From the sequence record PZ445420.1: a stretch of DNA of 58,073 nt; one strand, 5' to 3'. Below the pieces are notes generated by a model. It was not told the DNA's origin, ran no database searches, and saw only the letters and a list, made by a program, of their open reading frames with translations. Positions 1 to 10,042 of the stretch are shown piece by piece. Source of the stretch: a phage. Numbering within the stretch: the stretch's first letter is position 1; every line of letters begins with the position of its first letter. Made by a program: the position numbers and the translations under genes.

Positions 1-1599
1 ATGGACTCAATGATTCAGACACCGTCCACTAAGGTAGTATGGAAACCACATCCAGGATCTCAGGTACTGGCACTGAGTTGTCCAGCAGATGAGATTTTAT
101 ATCATGGTACTCGTGGCCCTGGAAAGACCGATGCTCAGTTGATGCGTTTTCGTCGTTATGTTGGTATGGGGTACGGTAAACACTGGCGCGGTATCATTTT
201 TGACCGAGAATACAAAAACTTAGATGACTTAGTTGCAAAGTCACAGCGTTGGTTTCCTGAATTTAATGATGGTTGTAAATTCTTATCTTCCAAGTCAGAT
301 TATAAATGGGTATGGCCTAGTGGCGAAGAACTAATGTTCCGTGTCGCTAAAAAACCTAAGGATTACTGGCTGTACCACGGTCAGGAATTTCCATTTATTG
401 GGTGGAACGAATTAACTAAATATCCTGATAGTGGGCTTTATGAAGCAATGAAGTCCTGTAACCGTACATCCTTTGTTGCAGAAGAAAACCCGATAATTAT
501 TGACGGTGATGTGTATCGGAGAACTGGACGTCTTGTGCTTGTTCAGCCAGACCATGAATACGCAATGCAGTTCATACTGCCACCTTTGCCGTTGCAGATC
601 TTTTCTACGACTAACCCATTTGGGGTTGGACATAACTGGGTCAAGAAATATTTTATTAACTCTTGCCCTCTTGGGTCCATGAAGAAGGAAGTGACAAACG
701 TCTTCAACCCGCGTACACAGAAACGGGAAGACGTAGTTCGAACTCGCTGCCATATATTTGGTTCGTATCGAGAGAACCGCAACTTAACACCTGAGTATGT
801 TGCACAGCTTGTGAACATTGACGATCCCAACCTCCGCATGGCGTGGCTCGGTGGTAGCTGGGATATTACGTCAGGTGGAATGTTCGACGACCTGTGGCGC
901 CAGAATATACATGTGGTCAAACCATTTCCAATACCTGACTCCTGGAGAATTGATAGATCATTTGACTGGGGCTCAAGTAAACCGTTTTCTGTTGGTTGGT
1001 GGGCAAGAAGTGATGGTAGCGATATCGTGTATCCAAATGGGCGTCGTGTACGAACAGTACGAGGTGACTTATTTAGGATCATGGAGTGGTATGGTACTAA
1101 CGGAAAACCGAACGAAGGTTTAAGATTATTGGATTCTGAAATTGCTCGTGGTATCATCGTCAGGGAAATTGAAGCTGGTTTATACGGTCGCGTAGTTCCA
1201 GGCCCTGCTGATAACAGCATTTGGGACGTTAAGGACGGTAACAGTACCGCAGCAACAATGTCTAAGCCAATAACTATCAATGGTCGGTCTTATCCTGGTG
1301 TACAGTGGATTCGAAGTGATAAATCCCCCGGATCTCGTAAAGCAGGTTGGAAACGAATGCGGGAATATTTAGCTGCTTCAATTCCGGATCCTAAGGTTGC
1401 CGCTTTACGTGAAAGACCTTCTATGTTTATTTTTGACAACTGTCATCATTTTATAGATCTTGTTCCAACTCTTGCTAGAGACGAAGATGATCTTGATGAT
1501 GTCGATACTGATTCTGAGGACCACATTGCGGACGAAGCTCGTTATCGCGTAGCCAACGAAGCACGTGGCGGTAGTATCGGTAAGACTGTTGGGACATAA
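1..1599 (+). CDS. terminase large subunit (ATPase-nuclease); ORF starts at window edge, may be 5'-incomplete
   Basis: 532-aa ORF with Walker A-like GTRGPGKT near N-terminus; acidic C-terminal region; directly upstream of portal-sized gene. Confidence 0.75.
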   Translation: MDSMIQTPSTKVVWKPHPGSQVLALSCPADEILYHGTRGPGKTDAQLMRFRRYVGMGYGKHWRGIIFDREYKNLDDLVAKSQRWFPEFNDGCKFLSSKSDYKWVWPSGEELMFRVAKKPKDYWLYHGQEFPFIGWNELTKYPDSGLYEAMKSCNRTSFVAEENPIIIDGDVYRRTGRLVLVQPDHEYAMQFILPPLPLQIFSTTNPFGVGHNWVKKYFINSCPLGSMKKEVTNVFNPRTQKREDVVRTRCHIFGSYRENRNLTPEYVAQLVNIDDPNLRMAWLGGSWDITSGGMFDDLWRQNIHVVKPFPIPDSWRIDRSFDWGSSKPFSVGWWARSDGSDIVYPNGRRVRTVRGDLFRIMEWYGTNGKPNEGLRLLDSEIARGIIVREIEAGLYGRVVPGPADNSIWDVKDGNSTAATMSKPITINGRSYPGVQWIRSDKSPGSRKAGWKRMREYLAASIPDPKVAALRERPSMFIFDNCHHFIDLVPTLARDEDDLDDVDTDSEDHIADEARYRVANEARGGSIGKTVGT

Positions 1600-1611
1600 G
1601 GAGTTTAACAG

Positions 1612-3138
1612 ATGGCCATTTCTTCGGTTCATCCTAAATATTTACAGTTTAGTGCATTATGGTTGAAGATGCGGGACTGTTTTCTTGGAGCTGACCACAT
1701 CAAAGCTCAAGGCACTTTGTATCTTCCACCGACACCTGCTATGCGTTATGACGGTATGAAACCAGGCGAAGATGGCTATATCCGTTACAACGATTATAAA
1801 GAACGTGCAGTGTTCCCGGAGTATGTCGCTGATGCGGTAGTTAATCACAGTGGTATGCTTCATAGTAAGTCAGCTATCATTCAGTTACCTGCTGCAATGG
1901 AACCCCTTCGTCAATCTGCTACCAGCAAGCGCGAAGGTTTAGATCAGCTACTACGCCGCATAAACGAGCTACAGCTACGCGATGGTCGTCTTGGCCTTCT
2001 GTTGGAGCTGCCAGCGGGAAGTACCCGTGATACGTTGCCGTACATCGCAGTATACGAGGCGTTAAGTATACGAAACTGGGACGACGGTGAAGATGATCTT
2101 GGTTCACTTAACCTTAATCTAGTTGTTCTGGATGAGTCCAAAGAAGTAATGGACAAGACTTCATTTGATTGGACTTATAAAGTTCAATATAGAGTTCTTG
2201 TTCTTGGAAGCGCCAATGTAGATGAACCATCAGATAGCGGTTACGTGTATGGGCAGTACATGACAGAAGTGCTTCCTGGTGAAGATGACGAACCAGAAGA
2301 GGTGAGCTCTGACGTTGTAGTCCCTCAGTATAAAGGTACTCCGCTTGAGCAGATACCTTTCGTATTTTGTAACGCTATGGACTTAGTCCCAGAACCAGAT
2401 AAACCACCACTACTTGCATTAGCAAACAGGTGCATTTCCATTTATCAGGGTGAAGCTGATTATCGACAGGCTTTGTTTATGCAGAGCCAGGATACGCTGG
2501 TTGTTCGCGGTGGTATTACGAACAGTGACGTAGTTGATGATAAAGCTCCTGTTCGTGTTGGTGCTGGTGCTCGTATTGATGTATCTCCGGACGGTGATGC
2601 CAAGTACATTGGTACTAATTCACAAGGTTTACCGGAGCAACGTAAAGCACTTGAAGCTGACCATAAAGACGCTCAGACTCGTTCCGGGCATTTAACCAGT
2701 GCAGAAAGTGCTGCTCAAGAGTCTGGTGACGCACTGGAAACACGTCTTATCACTAAAACTGCTTCATTAGTTGGTATTGCTAAGACTGGCGCTGCTGCGT
2801 TAGAAAAAATCCTTCGTATTTGTGCTATATGGATGGGATTAAATCCAGACGAAGTTAAAGTTACACCTAACCTTGACTTCAGCAAAGCTGATATTGAAGG
2901 CCAGGAATTGGTGCAGGTGCAGACTGCCAAGAATCTTGGTGCTCCGTTATGTGCTGAGTCTATGCACAATTGGTTGCAGGATAAGGGAATGACCTCTTTG
3001 ACGTTTGAAGAGGAGATGAAACGGCTTGAGGAGGAGCGCAAAGAATACCCGTTCCTTTTACCTCAAGTTAAAAACGATCAGAACCAAATCCAGCAAACAA
3101 CTGGAGAACAGACGGGGAATGCGAATGCCGCTAAGTAA
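1612..3138 (+). CDS. portal protein
   Basis: 508-aa ORF immediately after terminase, preceded by AAGGAG; size and position typical of portal. Confidence 0.6.
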   Translation: MAISSVHPKYLQFSALWLKMRDCFLGADHIKAQGTLYLPPTPAMRYDGMKPGEDGYIRYNDYKERAVFPEYVADAVVNHSGMLHSKSAIIQLPAAMEPLRQSATSKREGLDQLLRRINELQLRDGRLGLLLELPAGSTRDTLPYIAVYEALSIRNWDDGEDDLGSLNLNLVVLDESKEVMDKTSFDWTYKVQYRVLVLGSANVDEPSDSGYVYGQYMTEVLPGEDDEPEEVSSDVVVPQYKGTPLEQIPFVFCNAMDLVPEPDKPPLLALANRCISIYQGEADYRQALFMQSQDTLVVRGGITNSDVVDDKAPVRVGAGARIDVSPDGDAKYIGTNSQGLPEQRKALEADHKDAQTRSGHLTSAESAAQESGDALETRLITKTASLVGIAKTGAAALEKILRICAIWMGLNPDEVKVTPNLDFSKADIEGQELVQVQTAKNLGAPLCAESMHNWLQDKGMTSLTFEEEMKRLEEERKEYPFLLPQVKNDQNQIQQTTGEQTGNANAAK

Positions 3139-3213
3139 AGGCGTGCAGCGTAAAGCAAAAGCCAAGAGTAAAAAATAGTTGCTTCATTCTTAATGATGTA
3201 TTAGTTTTATAGC

Positions 3214-3240
3214 GCGGTAGAACGGTCTATCGCTCTTTTT
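3214..3240 (+). terminator. candidate rho-independent terminator after portal gene
   Basis: 7-bp stem GCGGTAG/CTATCGC (one G-U pair) with 6-nt loop followed by TCTTTTT. Confidence 0.35.
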
Positions 3241-3241
3241 A

Positions 3242-4147
3242 GTGGAACGGTCCACAATGGAGAATTTTATGAACAAATATCACATTCATCTAGCGGTAGC
3301 TTATTCCGCTGGCTTCTTCCAGTCCATGCCTCGTTTTGGTGCATTGGAACTTGAATATAATTCTGAAGACGAAATCCCGGAAAACGCGCGTGAATATTAT
3401 TCCCAAGAAGGCGATAAGTGGATCCTCACTGGCGTAAAAGGTGGCGGTAAGCAGAATATTGACAGGTTGCAATCCGCACTTGAAAAAGAACGTAACGATC
3501 ATAAAGCGGTCAAGAGTAAGCTAAGTAAGCTGAACGGACGTGATATTGACGAACTCTTGCAGCGCGACGCTGAATATGAAGAGCTTAAACTGCGTGCGGA
3601 TAAAGTTGATGATGAAAAGTTGGAGCAAATCATTAACGTACGAATCCGTAACAAGTTAACTCCGCTTGAGCGTGAACGTGACGAGCTGAAAAACAAACTT
3701 TCTACCTATGAGAAGCAAGTAGAAGAGCTGACCACAAAAGAGAAGAACCGCATCGTTAAGACCGCTCTTAGCAAGGCTGCAATGTCTGCTAAAGTGATCA
3801 CGGAAGCTATTGACGACGTGGAACTGATTGGTTCTCGTTTGTTTGAGCTCACCGAAGACGGTCAGGTTGTAACGCGCGACGGTGTGGGTGTAACTCCGGG
3901 CATTACTCCAGAAATGTGGTTACAGGACATTCAGGATAAGAAACCTCACTGGTTCCCTGGAAACGTCGGCGGTGGTGCTGGTGGCTCACGTACTCCTGGC
4001 GCTGCTGGTAAGAACCCGTGGAGTGCAGAAGGTTGGAACCTTACTGAGCAGGGTAAAATTCTTCGTGAAAATCCTGAAAAAGCAGGCCGTCTGGCAGCCA
4101 TGGTTGGCGTGGACTTGAAGCGTCCAGTACGTCCAGTTAAAAAATAA
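3242..4147 (+). CDS. head scaffolding protein (candidate); start may be 3257 or 3269 (GGAG 6 nt upstream of 3269)
   Basis: Highly charged, predicted helical/coiled-coil protein between portal and major capsid gene; Gly-rich C-terminus. Confidence 0.5.
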   Translation: MERSTMENFMNKYHIHLAVAYSAGFFQSMPRFGALELEYNSEDEIPENAREYYSQEGDKWILTGVKGGGKQNIDRLQSALEKERNDHKAVKSKLSKLNGRDIDELLQRDAEYEELKLRADKVDDEKLEQIINVRIRNKLTPLERERDELKNKLSTYEKQVEELTTKEKNRIVKTALSKAAMSAKVITEAIDDVELIGSRLFELTEDGQVVTRDGVGVTPGITPEMWLQDIQDKKPHWFPGNVGGGAGGSRTPGAAGKNPWSAEGWNLTEQGKILRENPEKAGRLAAMVGVDLKRPVRPVKK

Positions 4148-4156
4148 TAAAATTTG

Positions 4157-4199
4157 TTGACACTCCCTCCGGTTGGTGTTAGTTTTACATCAACCGGAG
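4157..4199 (+). promoter_or_regulatory. TTGACA hexamer plus perfect 9-bp inverted repeat upstream of capsid gene
   Basis: TTGACA at 4157-4162, TAGTTT 17 nt downstream; inverted repeat CTCCGGTTG (4167-4175) / CAACCGGAG (4191-4199). Confidence 0.3.
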
Positions 4200-4285
4200 C
4201 ACGGGCTCCGATCAATCAAGGATTATTGGAGCCTCCCACGGCGGTAGAGTTCCAAAGTAAATAGATTAACTTTGCGGAGACTACC

Positions 4286-5389
4286 ATGTCTAAAATTCTG
4301 TCAGCTCCGATGCTTAATTTGCGAGCTACCAATTCAATTCTTCTGTCTGCTGTTCGTCGTGGTGCGATCACTGAACTTGCAGATGTTATCGTTCCAGAGA
4401 TCTTCGTACCGTATGTGCAGAACCGCACGACTGAAAAGTCTCGACTGATCCAGTCTGGTGCTATTGAGATTTCTGAGCGTCTTAACGCTGCATTGATGGG
4501 TGAAGGTACTACCTTTAACCAGCGTTTCTTCAAAGACCTGGATCGTGACGAAGAAAACGTTTCAAGCGCAAGCGATGCAACCGATTCTACTCCTGGCGGT
4601 ATCAAATCCGGGCGTGAAATTCAGATCCGTCTGTCCCGTAACCATTCATGGGGTTCTGCGGACCTGCTGGACAGCTTGATCTCCCCGGACCCGCTGGATG
4701 CTATCATCAATCTGGTGGCAAGTTACCGTCAGAGCCGTCTGCAACGTGCATTCGTTGCAACTGTAGGCGGTGTGTTTGCTATGAACGCCGCTGCTCCGAC
4801 TGGTTCCGGTGATAAAAAGTCTACTCACGTTCAGAACGATATGACCCACGACATTTCTGGTTCATCCTTCGTTGATGGTGTGACTAACTTCAACCCGGCT
4901 GGTGTTATCCTGGCTGCTGGTACTATGGGTGACTCCCTGAACGAGCTGTCTATGATGATGGTACACAGTGTGGTTTACCAGCGTATGCAGCTTATGAACC
5001 TGATCGACTTCATCCCGGATGCTCGTGCTGAAGTAATGATCCCGACCTACATGGGCCGTGAAGTTATCGTTGATGATATGATGCCTCACGATGGCGGTAA
5101 GTACGAAACCTGGCTGGTTGGTCGTGGTGCATTCCAGTTAGGTGTTGGTTCACCGAAAGTTCCTGTTGAAACTGAACGTAAACCTGCGTCCTACAAAGGT
5201 GGCGGTTCTGAAATCCTGTTCCACCGCTGGGAAAACATCATTCACCCTGTCGGTCACGCATGGGTTGGTACTGCTGCTGAAGGTGGTCCAGATAACGCCG
5301 CTCTCAAGACTGCTACTAACTGGGCTCGTGTATTCCCTGAGCGTAAACAGATTAAGATTGCTCGCCTGATCACTCGCGAACACGCTTAA
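4286..5389 (+). CDS. major capsid protein
   Basis: 367-aa ORF following scaffold-like gene, followed by strong terminators; position and size typical of HK97-fold capsid protein. Confidence 0.7.
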   Translation: MSKILSAPMLNLRATNSILLSAVRRGAITELADVIVPEIFVPYVQNRTTEKSRLIQSGAIEISERLNAALMGEGTTFNQRFFKDLDRDEENVSSASDATDSTPGGIKSGREIQIRLSRNHSWGSADLLDSLISPDPLDAIINLVASYRQSRLQRAFVATVGGVFAMNAAAPTGSGDKKSTHVQNDMTHDISGSSFVDGVTNFNPAGVILAAGTMGDSLNELSMMMVHSVVYQRMQLMNLIDFIPDARAEVMIPTYMGREVIVDDMMPHDGGKYETWLVGRGAFQLGVGSPKVPVETERKPASYKGGGSEILFHRWENIIHPVGHAWVGTAAEGGPDNAALKTATNWARVFPERKQIKIARLITREHA

Positions 5390-5407
5390 TGCTTTAGCCA
5401 TGTAATT

Positions 5408-5436
5408 AAAGGGGCCTATATGGTCCCTTTTTTGTT
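5408..5436 (+). terminator. rho-independent terminator after major capsid gene
   Basis: AAAGGGGCC...GGTCCCTTT hairpin followed by TTTTTT. Confidence 0.55.
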
Positions 5437-5446
5437 AGGAGGAAAC

Positions 5447-5548
5447 ATGCGTTATCAACGTCATTCAAGACATCGTCGTTATGTACGTCATGAACGTCTC
5501 GGTTCAGATGCAACACCTAAAGAGAAGATTGAGACTGTTGAAGTATAA
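5447..5548 (+). CDS. small Arg/His-rich peptide (33 aa, MRYQRHSRHRRYVRHERLGSDATPKEKIETVEV)
   Basis: ATG 7 nt after AGGAGG; bracketed by two terminators; too short for the ORF track. Confidence 0.2.
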   Translation: MRYQRHSRHRRYVRHERLGSDATPKEKIETVEV

Positions 5549-5574
5549 ACGTTAAATTGCTAGATGTTTTAAAG

Positions 5575-5608
5575 GGTGTTACACTTCGCTTGTAACACCT
5601 TTTATTTT
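5575..5608 (+). terminator. rho-independent terminator
   Basis: Perfect 9-bp stem GGTGTTACA/TGTAACACC, 7-nt loop, followed by TTTTATTTT. Confidence 0.65.
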
Positions 5609-5617
5609 GAGGAATGA

Positions 5618-6289
5618 ATGATGAAAGACAAAATCATTGAAGGGCTTCGTAAACTCAACGTTGAGAATGACAATCATTGGACTGCCGATGGCCTGCCTAA
5701 AATTGAAGCATTGAAGTTTACAGTTGGCCCGTCCGTCACGCGAGAAGATGTCAATTCTGTTGCGCCTGGGTTCACTCGTTCAAATCCTGTAATTGAGGAC
5801 GTCGAACATGAAGAAAAGCATGACACTTCCTCATTGCAGGAAACCGAACAGACGGAAGTTGTTGCAGATACCGACAATGCACAATATGAGTCCTTATCTA
5901 AGGCTGAAGCAGATAAGGAAACTGTTAACGGTAAATCGATTGTCACTACGCGAATAGCTTTAGAAGTCAACGTGAGCGATGCAGTTAAAGCAATGCTCAA
6001 AGATATTCCAGATATTGATTTTGACACTGTTTCTGTGGAAGAGCTTAAAGAATATGAAAAAGTTCTTTCGGAACAAGTCAATGCAGACAACCAGATGTTA
6101 TCTGCAATGCACGAACTTGTTGAATCTCGTGCTAAACTGTACGCAAAAGTCAACACTGAAATTGAACGTCGTAAGCCTAAGACCGAGCTGGCTCACACGT
6201 TAGCATCTTTCCGCGATCAGATGGCACAAATCTCACATGTGGTCAATCAGCCACGTATGGTTGTTCGTAACGGTATTCGTACTCGTTAA
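5618..6289 (+). CDS. hypothetical protein (acidic; possible head decoration or accessory)
   Basis: 223-aa ORF in head module; no recognisable motif. Confidence 0.4.
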   Translation: MMKDKIIEGLRKLNVENDNHWTADGLPKIEALKFTVGPSVTREDVNSVAPGFTRSNPVIEDVEHEEKHDTSSLQETEQTEVVADTDNAQYESLSKAEADKETVNGKSIVTTRIALEVNVSDAVKAMLKDIPDIDFDTVSVEELKEYEKVLSEQVNADNQMLSAMHELVESRAKLYAKVNTEIERRKPKTELAHTLASFRDQMAQISHVVNQPRMVVRNGIRTR

Positions 6290-6297
6290 GGTGACAT

Positions 6298-6627
6298 ATG
6301 GTATTTCGAACAGACAAAAAGTTCCTGTTTCATATGATGCAACGTAACAGACGTCGTCGAGATGCCACGTTGAATCCTGTAAGCGGTGTCCTTGGGTGGG
6401 TAACACCGCCCCCGTCGACAGGTGTCATAGATACCGGTTACGCCATGACGTGGCAGAATGGCCAAACACCTTACGTTGTGCAGGTCTTTAAAGATAAAAA
6501 GTTGGTCTCACAGAATCAGTTTGATTTGCAGACCTTCACAATTAACAAATCGTCCGCTGCAAGATACGATATTAAAATTATAAGTGCAGACGGTCAGATT
6601 CTTAATGGCACAATAGATATTGCGTGA
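6298..6627 (+). CDS. hypothetical protein
   Basis: 109-aa ORF, co-oriented, overlaps next gene start. Confidence 0.4.
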   Translation: MVFRTDKKFLFHMMQRNRRRRDATLNPVSGVLGWVTPPPSTGVIDTGYAMTWQNGQTPYVVQVFKDKKLVSQNQFDLQTFTINKSSAARYDIKIISADGQILNGTIDIA

Positions 6628-7138
6628 GGCGCCTATGACTGTAACTATCATTGTCGAAGATGGGTCTTGTGTACCTAATGCAAATAGCTATATTGATGCC
6701 GAATATGCTACGCGGTATTTAGAAGACCGTGGGGTTACTGTCCCGGCGGAAGATAAGTTGAAACCAATGCTTATCAACGCGATGGATTTCATGGAGAGTC
6801 TTAACCGTTATAAGGGTAAGCGCACCAACCAGGATCAGGAGCTACAATTCCCGCGCAGCGGCTTATACAGCGACGGTGTAGAGATTCCAGGTAACACCAT
6901 ACCCGTAGCAATTAAGCGAGCACAGGCCCAACTGGTCGCGGATACGGTGCAGAGCGGTAAGCCGTTATTAAGTAACAGTACCAGTTATGCACTGAAAAAG
7001 CGTATTCTTGGACCGCTGACGCTTGAATATGCAGTTGGTCAGAGTGCTGTATTAGAAAGTGCAACACCACACCCGCGTTTCTGGGCTTTGATTAATGACT
7101 ACCTGCGAAGCTCCAGCTCACAAGGAGTAATGAGATGA
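6620..7138 (+). CDS. head-tail connector/adaptor (candidate)
   Basis: 172-aa ORF; N-terminal NANSYIDAEYATRYL segment resembles gp6-like head-tail adaptor N-termini; position after capsid genes. Confidence 0.4.
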   Translation: MREAPMTVTIIVEDGSCVPNANSYIDAEYATRYLEDRGVTVPAEDKLKPMLINAMDFMESLNRYKGKRTNQDQELQFPRSGLYSDGVEIPGNTIPVAIKRAQAQLVADTVQSGKPLLSNSTSYALKKRILGPLTLEYAVGQSAVLESATPHPRFWALINDYLRSSSSQGVMR

Positions 7139-7509
7139 CAATTGCTTCAGAATTTATTGCAATGGCACATGAGATGTTGAACGACCAAGAAATTGGTTTT
7201 GATGGAACACTCATTGTTAAAGTAAAAGAAGATGGAAGTGAATCAAAGCCTTGGGCTCCGACTTTTAAAGAACAAGAAGTACCACTGCGTTTGTTCTATG
7301 ACGAGCAGTCAAAGACTAATGTAAACGGTAGTATAGTTCTTAAAGGTGAAAAGGTCTTTATCACTTACGAACCAGACGGTATTAGTCTGGAAGATTGCAT
7401 TGGTTTTAAATTTATTGACCACAAAGGGCGCTCGTTCGTCGTTAATGCTGTTGAGCCTATCGGTGCGGGTGGAACTACAATCATTAGTTACGTTAAAGTT
7501 GGTTCCTAA
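7135..7509 (+). CDS. hypothetical head-tail joining protein
   Basis: 124-aa ORF with ATGA overlap to upstream gene, in head-tail joining block. Confidence 0.4.
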   Translation: MTIASEFIAMAHEMLNDQEIGFDGTLIVKVKEDGSESKPWAPTFKEQEVPLRLFYDEQSKTNVNGSIVLKGEKVFITYEPDGISLEDCIGFKFIDHKGRSFVVNAVEPIGAGGTTIISYVKVGS

Positions 7510-7928
7510 TGGCTAAGAAGAGCTTCCGTGATCAGTTTACCAGTGCTCAATTGAGAGCCATGCAAAAAGCCGCAGGTGAGGTAAAACAAAGACTTTATGG
7601 CTTCGTTAGTGCTGTTGTTGATGACACTCCTGTTAAGGACGGTGGATTACGCGGAAGTTGGCAGATACAGAAATCACCCGACCTTATTCAGGACAACCTG
7701 CCGGAAGACCCGTCCGGAGCTGCTACGAAACAAAGATTGTTTACTAAAATAAGATATCTCCCAATCCATCAAGATTGGGATATTTATTTTGGTAACGGTA
7801 AACCTTATGCTCAGAAGATTGAATATGAAGGTTACAGTAAGCAGGCGCCTAACGGGATGTTGCGTAAGAACATCGCAAGAGGTGGACAAGCATTCAGTGG
7901 ATTTAAACTTGGGAGCTTTGATAAATGA
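7509..7928 (+). CDS. hypothetical head-tail joining protein
   Basis: 139-aa ORF, translationally coupled (overlapping start/stop). Confidence 0.4.
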   Translation: MAKKSFRDQFTSAQLRAMQKAAGEVKQRLYGFVSAVVDDTPVKDGGLRGSWQIQKSPDLIQDNLPEDPSGAATKQRLFTKIRYLPIHQDWDIYFGNGKPYAQKIEYEGYSKQAPNGMLRKNIARGGQAFSGFKLGSFDK

Positions 7929-8392
7929 TCCCGTATCCGTTTCATTGGGTCGAAGATACCCTGAAATCACACTTAGTGAATAACTATGCTGAAATGTCAC
8001 ACGCTATGGCGTGGAAGAACTTGACATTTGATGCCAGCGGCTTTAAAGTGTGGTTAAAGATTATCAATACCCCATCCAGTGAAGACCCTGTAACGTTAGG
8101 CCCTTATGGCGATAATGAAATGCGTGGGTTTTTACAGATTGGTATATATTCACAGCTGAATATCGGTATTGAAGAATCTAACGCTGTTCTTGGACATGTG
8201 AGTAAAATCTTTAGTGTACCAAGACAGCTCCAGGCACCGGACGGCTGCATGTTAAGACTGACAAGAAAGACGTTTTCCCAGGGCGGGCAGACGTCAATTG
8301 CAGACTTCACTCGCGGTGGTGTTGAAGGTGTTTGGGATGCTCAATATGTAACAATCTACTGGCTCGCACGTGAGCCTAAACAGAGGATATAA
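7925..8392 (+). CDS. hypothetical tail completion/terminator protein
   Basis: 155-aa ORF immediately upstream of major tail gene. Confidence 0.4.
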   Translation: MIPYPFHWVEDTLKSHLVNNYAEMSHAMAWKNLTFDASGFKVWLKIINTPSSEDPVTLGPYGDNEMRGFLQIGIYSQLNIGIEESNAVLGHVSKIFSVPRQLQAPDGCMLRLTRKTFSQGGQTSIADFTRGGVEGVWDAQYVTIYWLAREPKQRI

Positions 8393-8394
8393 CG

Positions 8395-9573
8395 ATGGCT
8401 GAAGGTTCACGTTATAGTAGCTATTACATCAAAGAACAGACCTCCGGTGTCACTCCGTCTAGCGGAACTCTGAAGGTCTTTCGTGCTACTAAATCGGGTC
8501 TTGATATTAAAGTCGCTACTCTGCAATCTGAAGAAATTCGAGATGACGCGGAAGTGGCGGATTTCCGTCTTGGTGCTCGTCACGTAGAAGGTACAGCAAC
8601 GGGTGAACTGTCTTATGAGACATTTGATGACCTGTTGGGTGGTGCGTTACGTGGTACGTTTGCGGGTGAAGTGCTAACCGCAGGCATCGAGCGCCAATCC
8701 TTTACTTTTATCGACTATAACGCAGATATTACGGACTTCCCATATACCATCTATCGCGGTTGTGAAGTTAACAGTCTTGCAATTACTGTAAGTGCTGAAG
8801 CTATCACCGGCGTGGAATTCGGTATTGTTGGTCGCACAATGGAACAAGCTGCTACCCTGCCGTCTGGTCTAAGTAAAGGTACTCGTACGACTACACCACC
8901 TATGGATGGCTTCTCTGGTAAGCTGGCTATGGGCGATGTATCCGTTGATGTTATTACTGAGATGGCTATTAACCTTGAGAACGGCATCGAGCCTCGCTTT
9001 GTTGTTGGTTCCAAGTTCTCCATTAAGCCAAGCTCTAAACGCCGTCAGATTAGTGGTACACTGACCGCCTACTACGAAGATAACAAACTGCGTAGTAAGT
9101 TCCTGAACGAACAGGAAAGTGACCTGACTATTGACATCCTGGACGGAACTACTGGTGCCGGTTATCGCTTCAGTATGCCTCGTATCAAGATTACGGAAGC
9201 TCCGCGTCCGATCGATGGTGAAGGCGATATTATGCTGAACATGAGCTATACTGGTCTGTTGGATCAGGAAGAAGGTTACAGCATTCGCATTACTAAACTT
9301 CCTCCGATGTCTTTCACGACGGATCTTACCGCAAACAAGACTATCACTAAAGGGCAAACGCTGACCCTTTCTGTTGTGGTTAAAGGTGGTGCAGAACCTT
9401 ATACCTACGTGTGGAAGAAAGGTGGTGTCGTTATTGGAGGTGCTAATCAAGCGACATACACTAAATCTAACGCACAAGAGGTAGATGCTGGTCAGTATGT
9501 ATGTGAAGTAACAGATTCACATGGTCGTACTATACCGAGCACCGCCTGCTTGGTTGCTGTTAACGCTGAGTAA
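8395..9573 (+). CDS. major tail protein with C-terminal Ig-like domain
   Basis: 392-aa ORF upstream of chaperone/tape-measure genes; C-terminal segment (LTLSVVVKGGAEPYTYVWKKGG...GQYVCEVTD) looks like an Ig-like domain; followed by terminator. Confidence 0.6.
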   Translation: MAEGSRYSSYYIKEQTSGVTPSSGTLKVFRATKSGLDIKVATLQSEEIRDDAEVADFRLGARHVEGTATGELSYETFDDLLGGALRGTFAGEVLTAGIERQSFTFIDYNADITDFPYTIYRGCEVNSLAITVSAEAITGVEFGIVGRTMEQAATLPSGLSKGTRTTTPPMDGFSGKLAMGDVSVDVITEMAINLENGIEPRFVVGSKFSIKPSSKRRQISGTLTAYYEDNKLRSKFLNEQESDLTIDILDGTTGAGYRFSMPRIKITEAPRPIDGEGDIMLNMSYTGLLDQEEGYSIRITKLPPMSFTTDLTANKTITKGQTLTLSVVVKGGAEPYTYVWKKGGVVIGGANQATYTKSNAQEVDAGQYVCEVTDSHGRTIPSTACLVAVNAE

Positions 9574-9576
9574 TTA

Positions 9577-9600
9577 AAACGGGGTGTAAACCCCGTTTTA
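9577..9600 (+). terminator. rho-independent terminator after major tail gene
   Basis: AACGGGG/CCCCGTT stem, short loop, T-run. Confidence 0.55.
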
Positions 9601-9613
9601 TTAAGGAACGATT

Positions 9614-10042
9614 ATGTCTTCAGAAAACAAACAAGTATCCACTGAAGTTGCAAAGAAAGCTGTTAGTGCATCTTTCCGTGACTTTAACTTGAAAAAGAAA
9701 TTAGAGAATGCTCCGCTGCTGCATTACCCGCTTGTCTTTCCAGGACAGGGCGATACAGGTCATTGGTTGAAAATTCGCAACCGTCACAGTGAAGAATTTC
9801 GTGAAGCGGATTTAAAAGCGCAGCGTCAGATCAGTGCGCTTGTCGTTGCTAATGGATCTTTTGAAAAGATTGATAAGGACATGCTCGACGATATCAATAT
9901 GCGAGCGTTCTGTAAGTTAGTTGCTTCGTGGAGCTTCGAAGAAGAATGCAGTGAAGACAACCTCATTGAATTCTTTAATAATAACCCGTTTGCGTATGAC
10001 GACATCAATCGTCTGGCAGCGCAAGATTCCCTTTTTTTCTAA
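9614..10042 (+). CDS. tail assembly chaperone (lambda G-like)
   Basis: 142-aa ORF directly upstream of tape measure; ends at a T7 run slippery site. Confidence 0.55.
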   Translation: MSSENKQVSTEVAKKAVSASFRDFNLKKKLENAPLLHYPLVFPGQGDTGHWLKIRNRHSEEFREADLKAQRQISALVVANGSFEKIDKDMLDDINMRAFCKLVASWSFEEECSEDNLIEFFNNNPFAYDDINRLAAQDSLFF

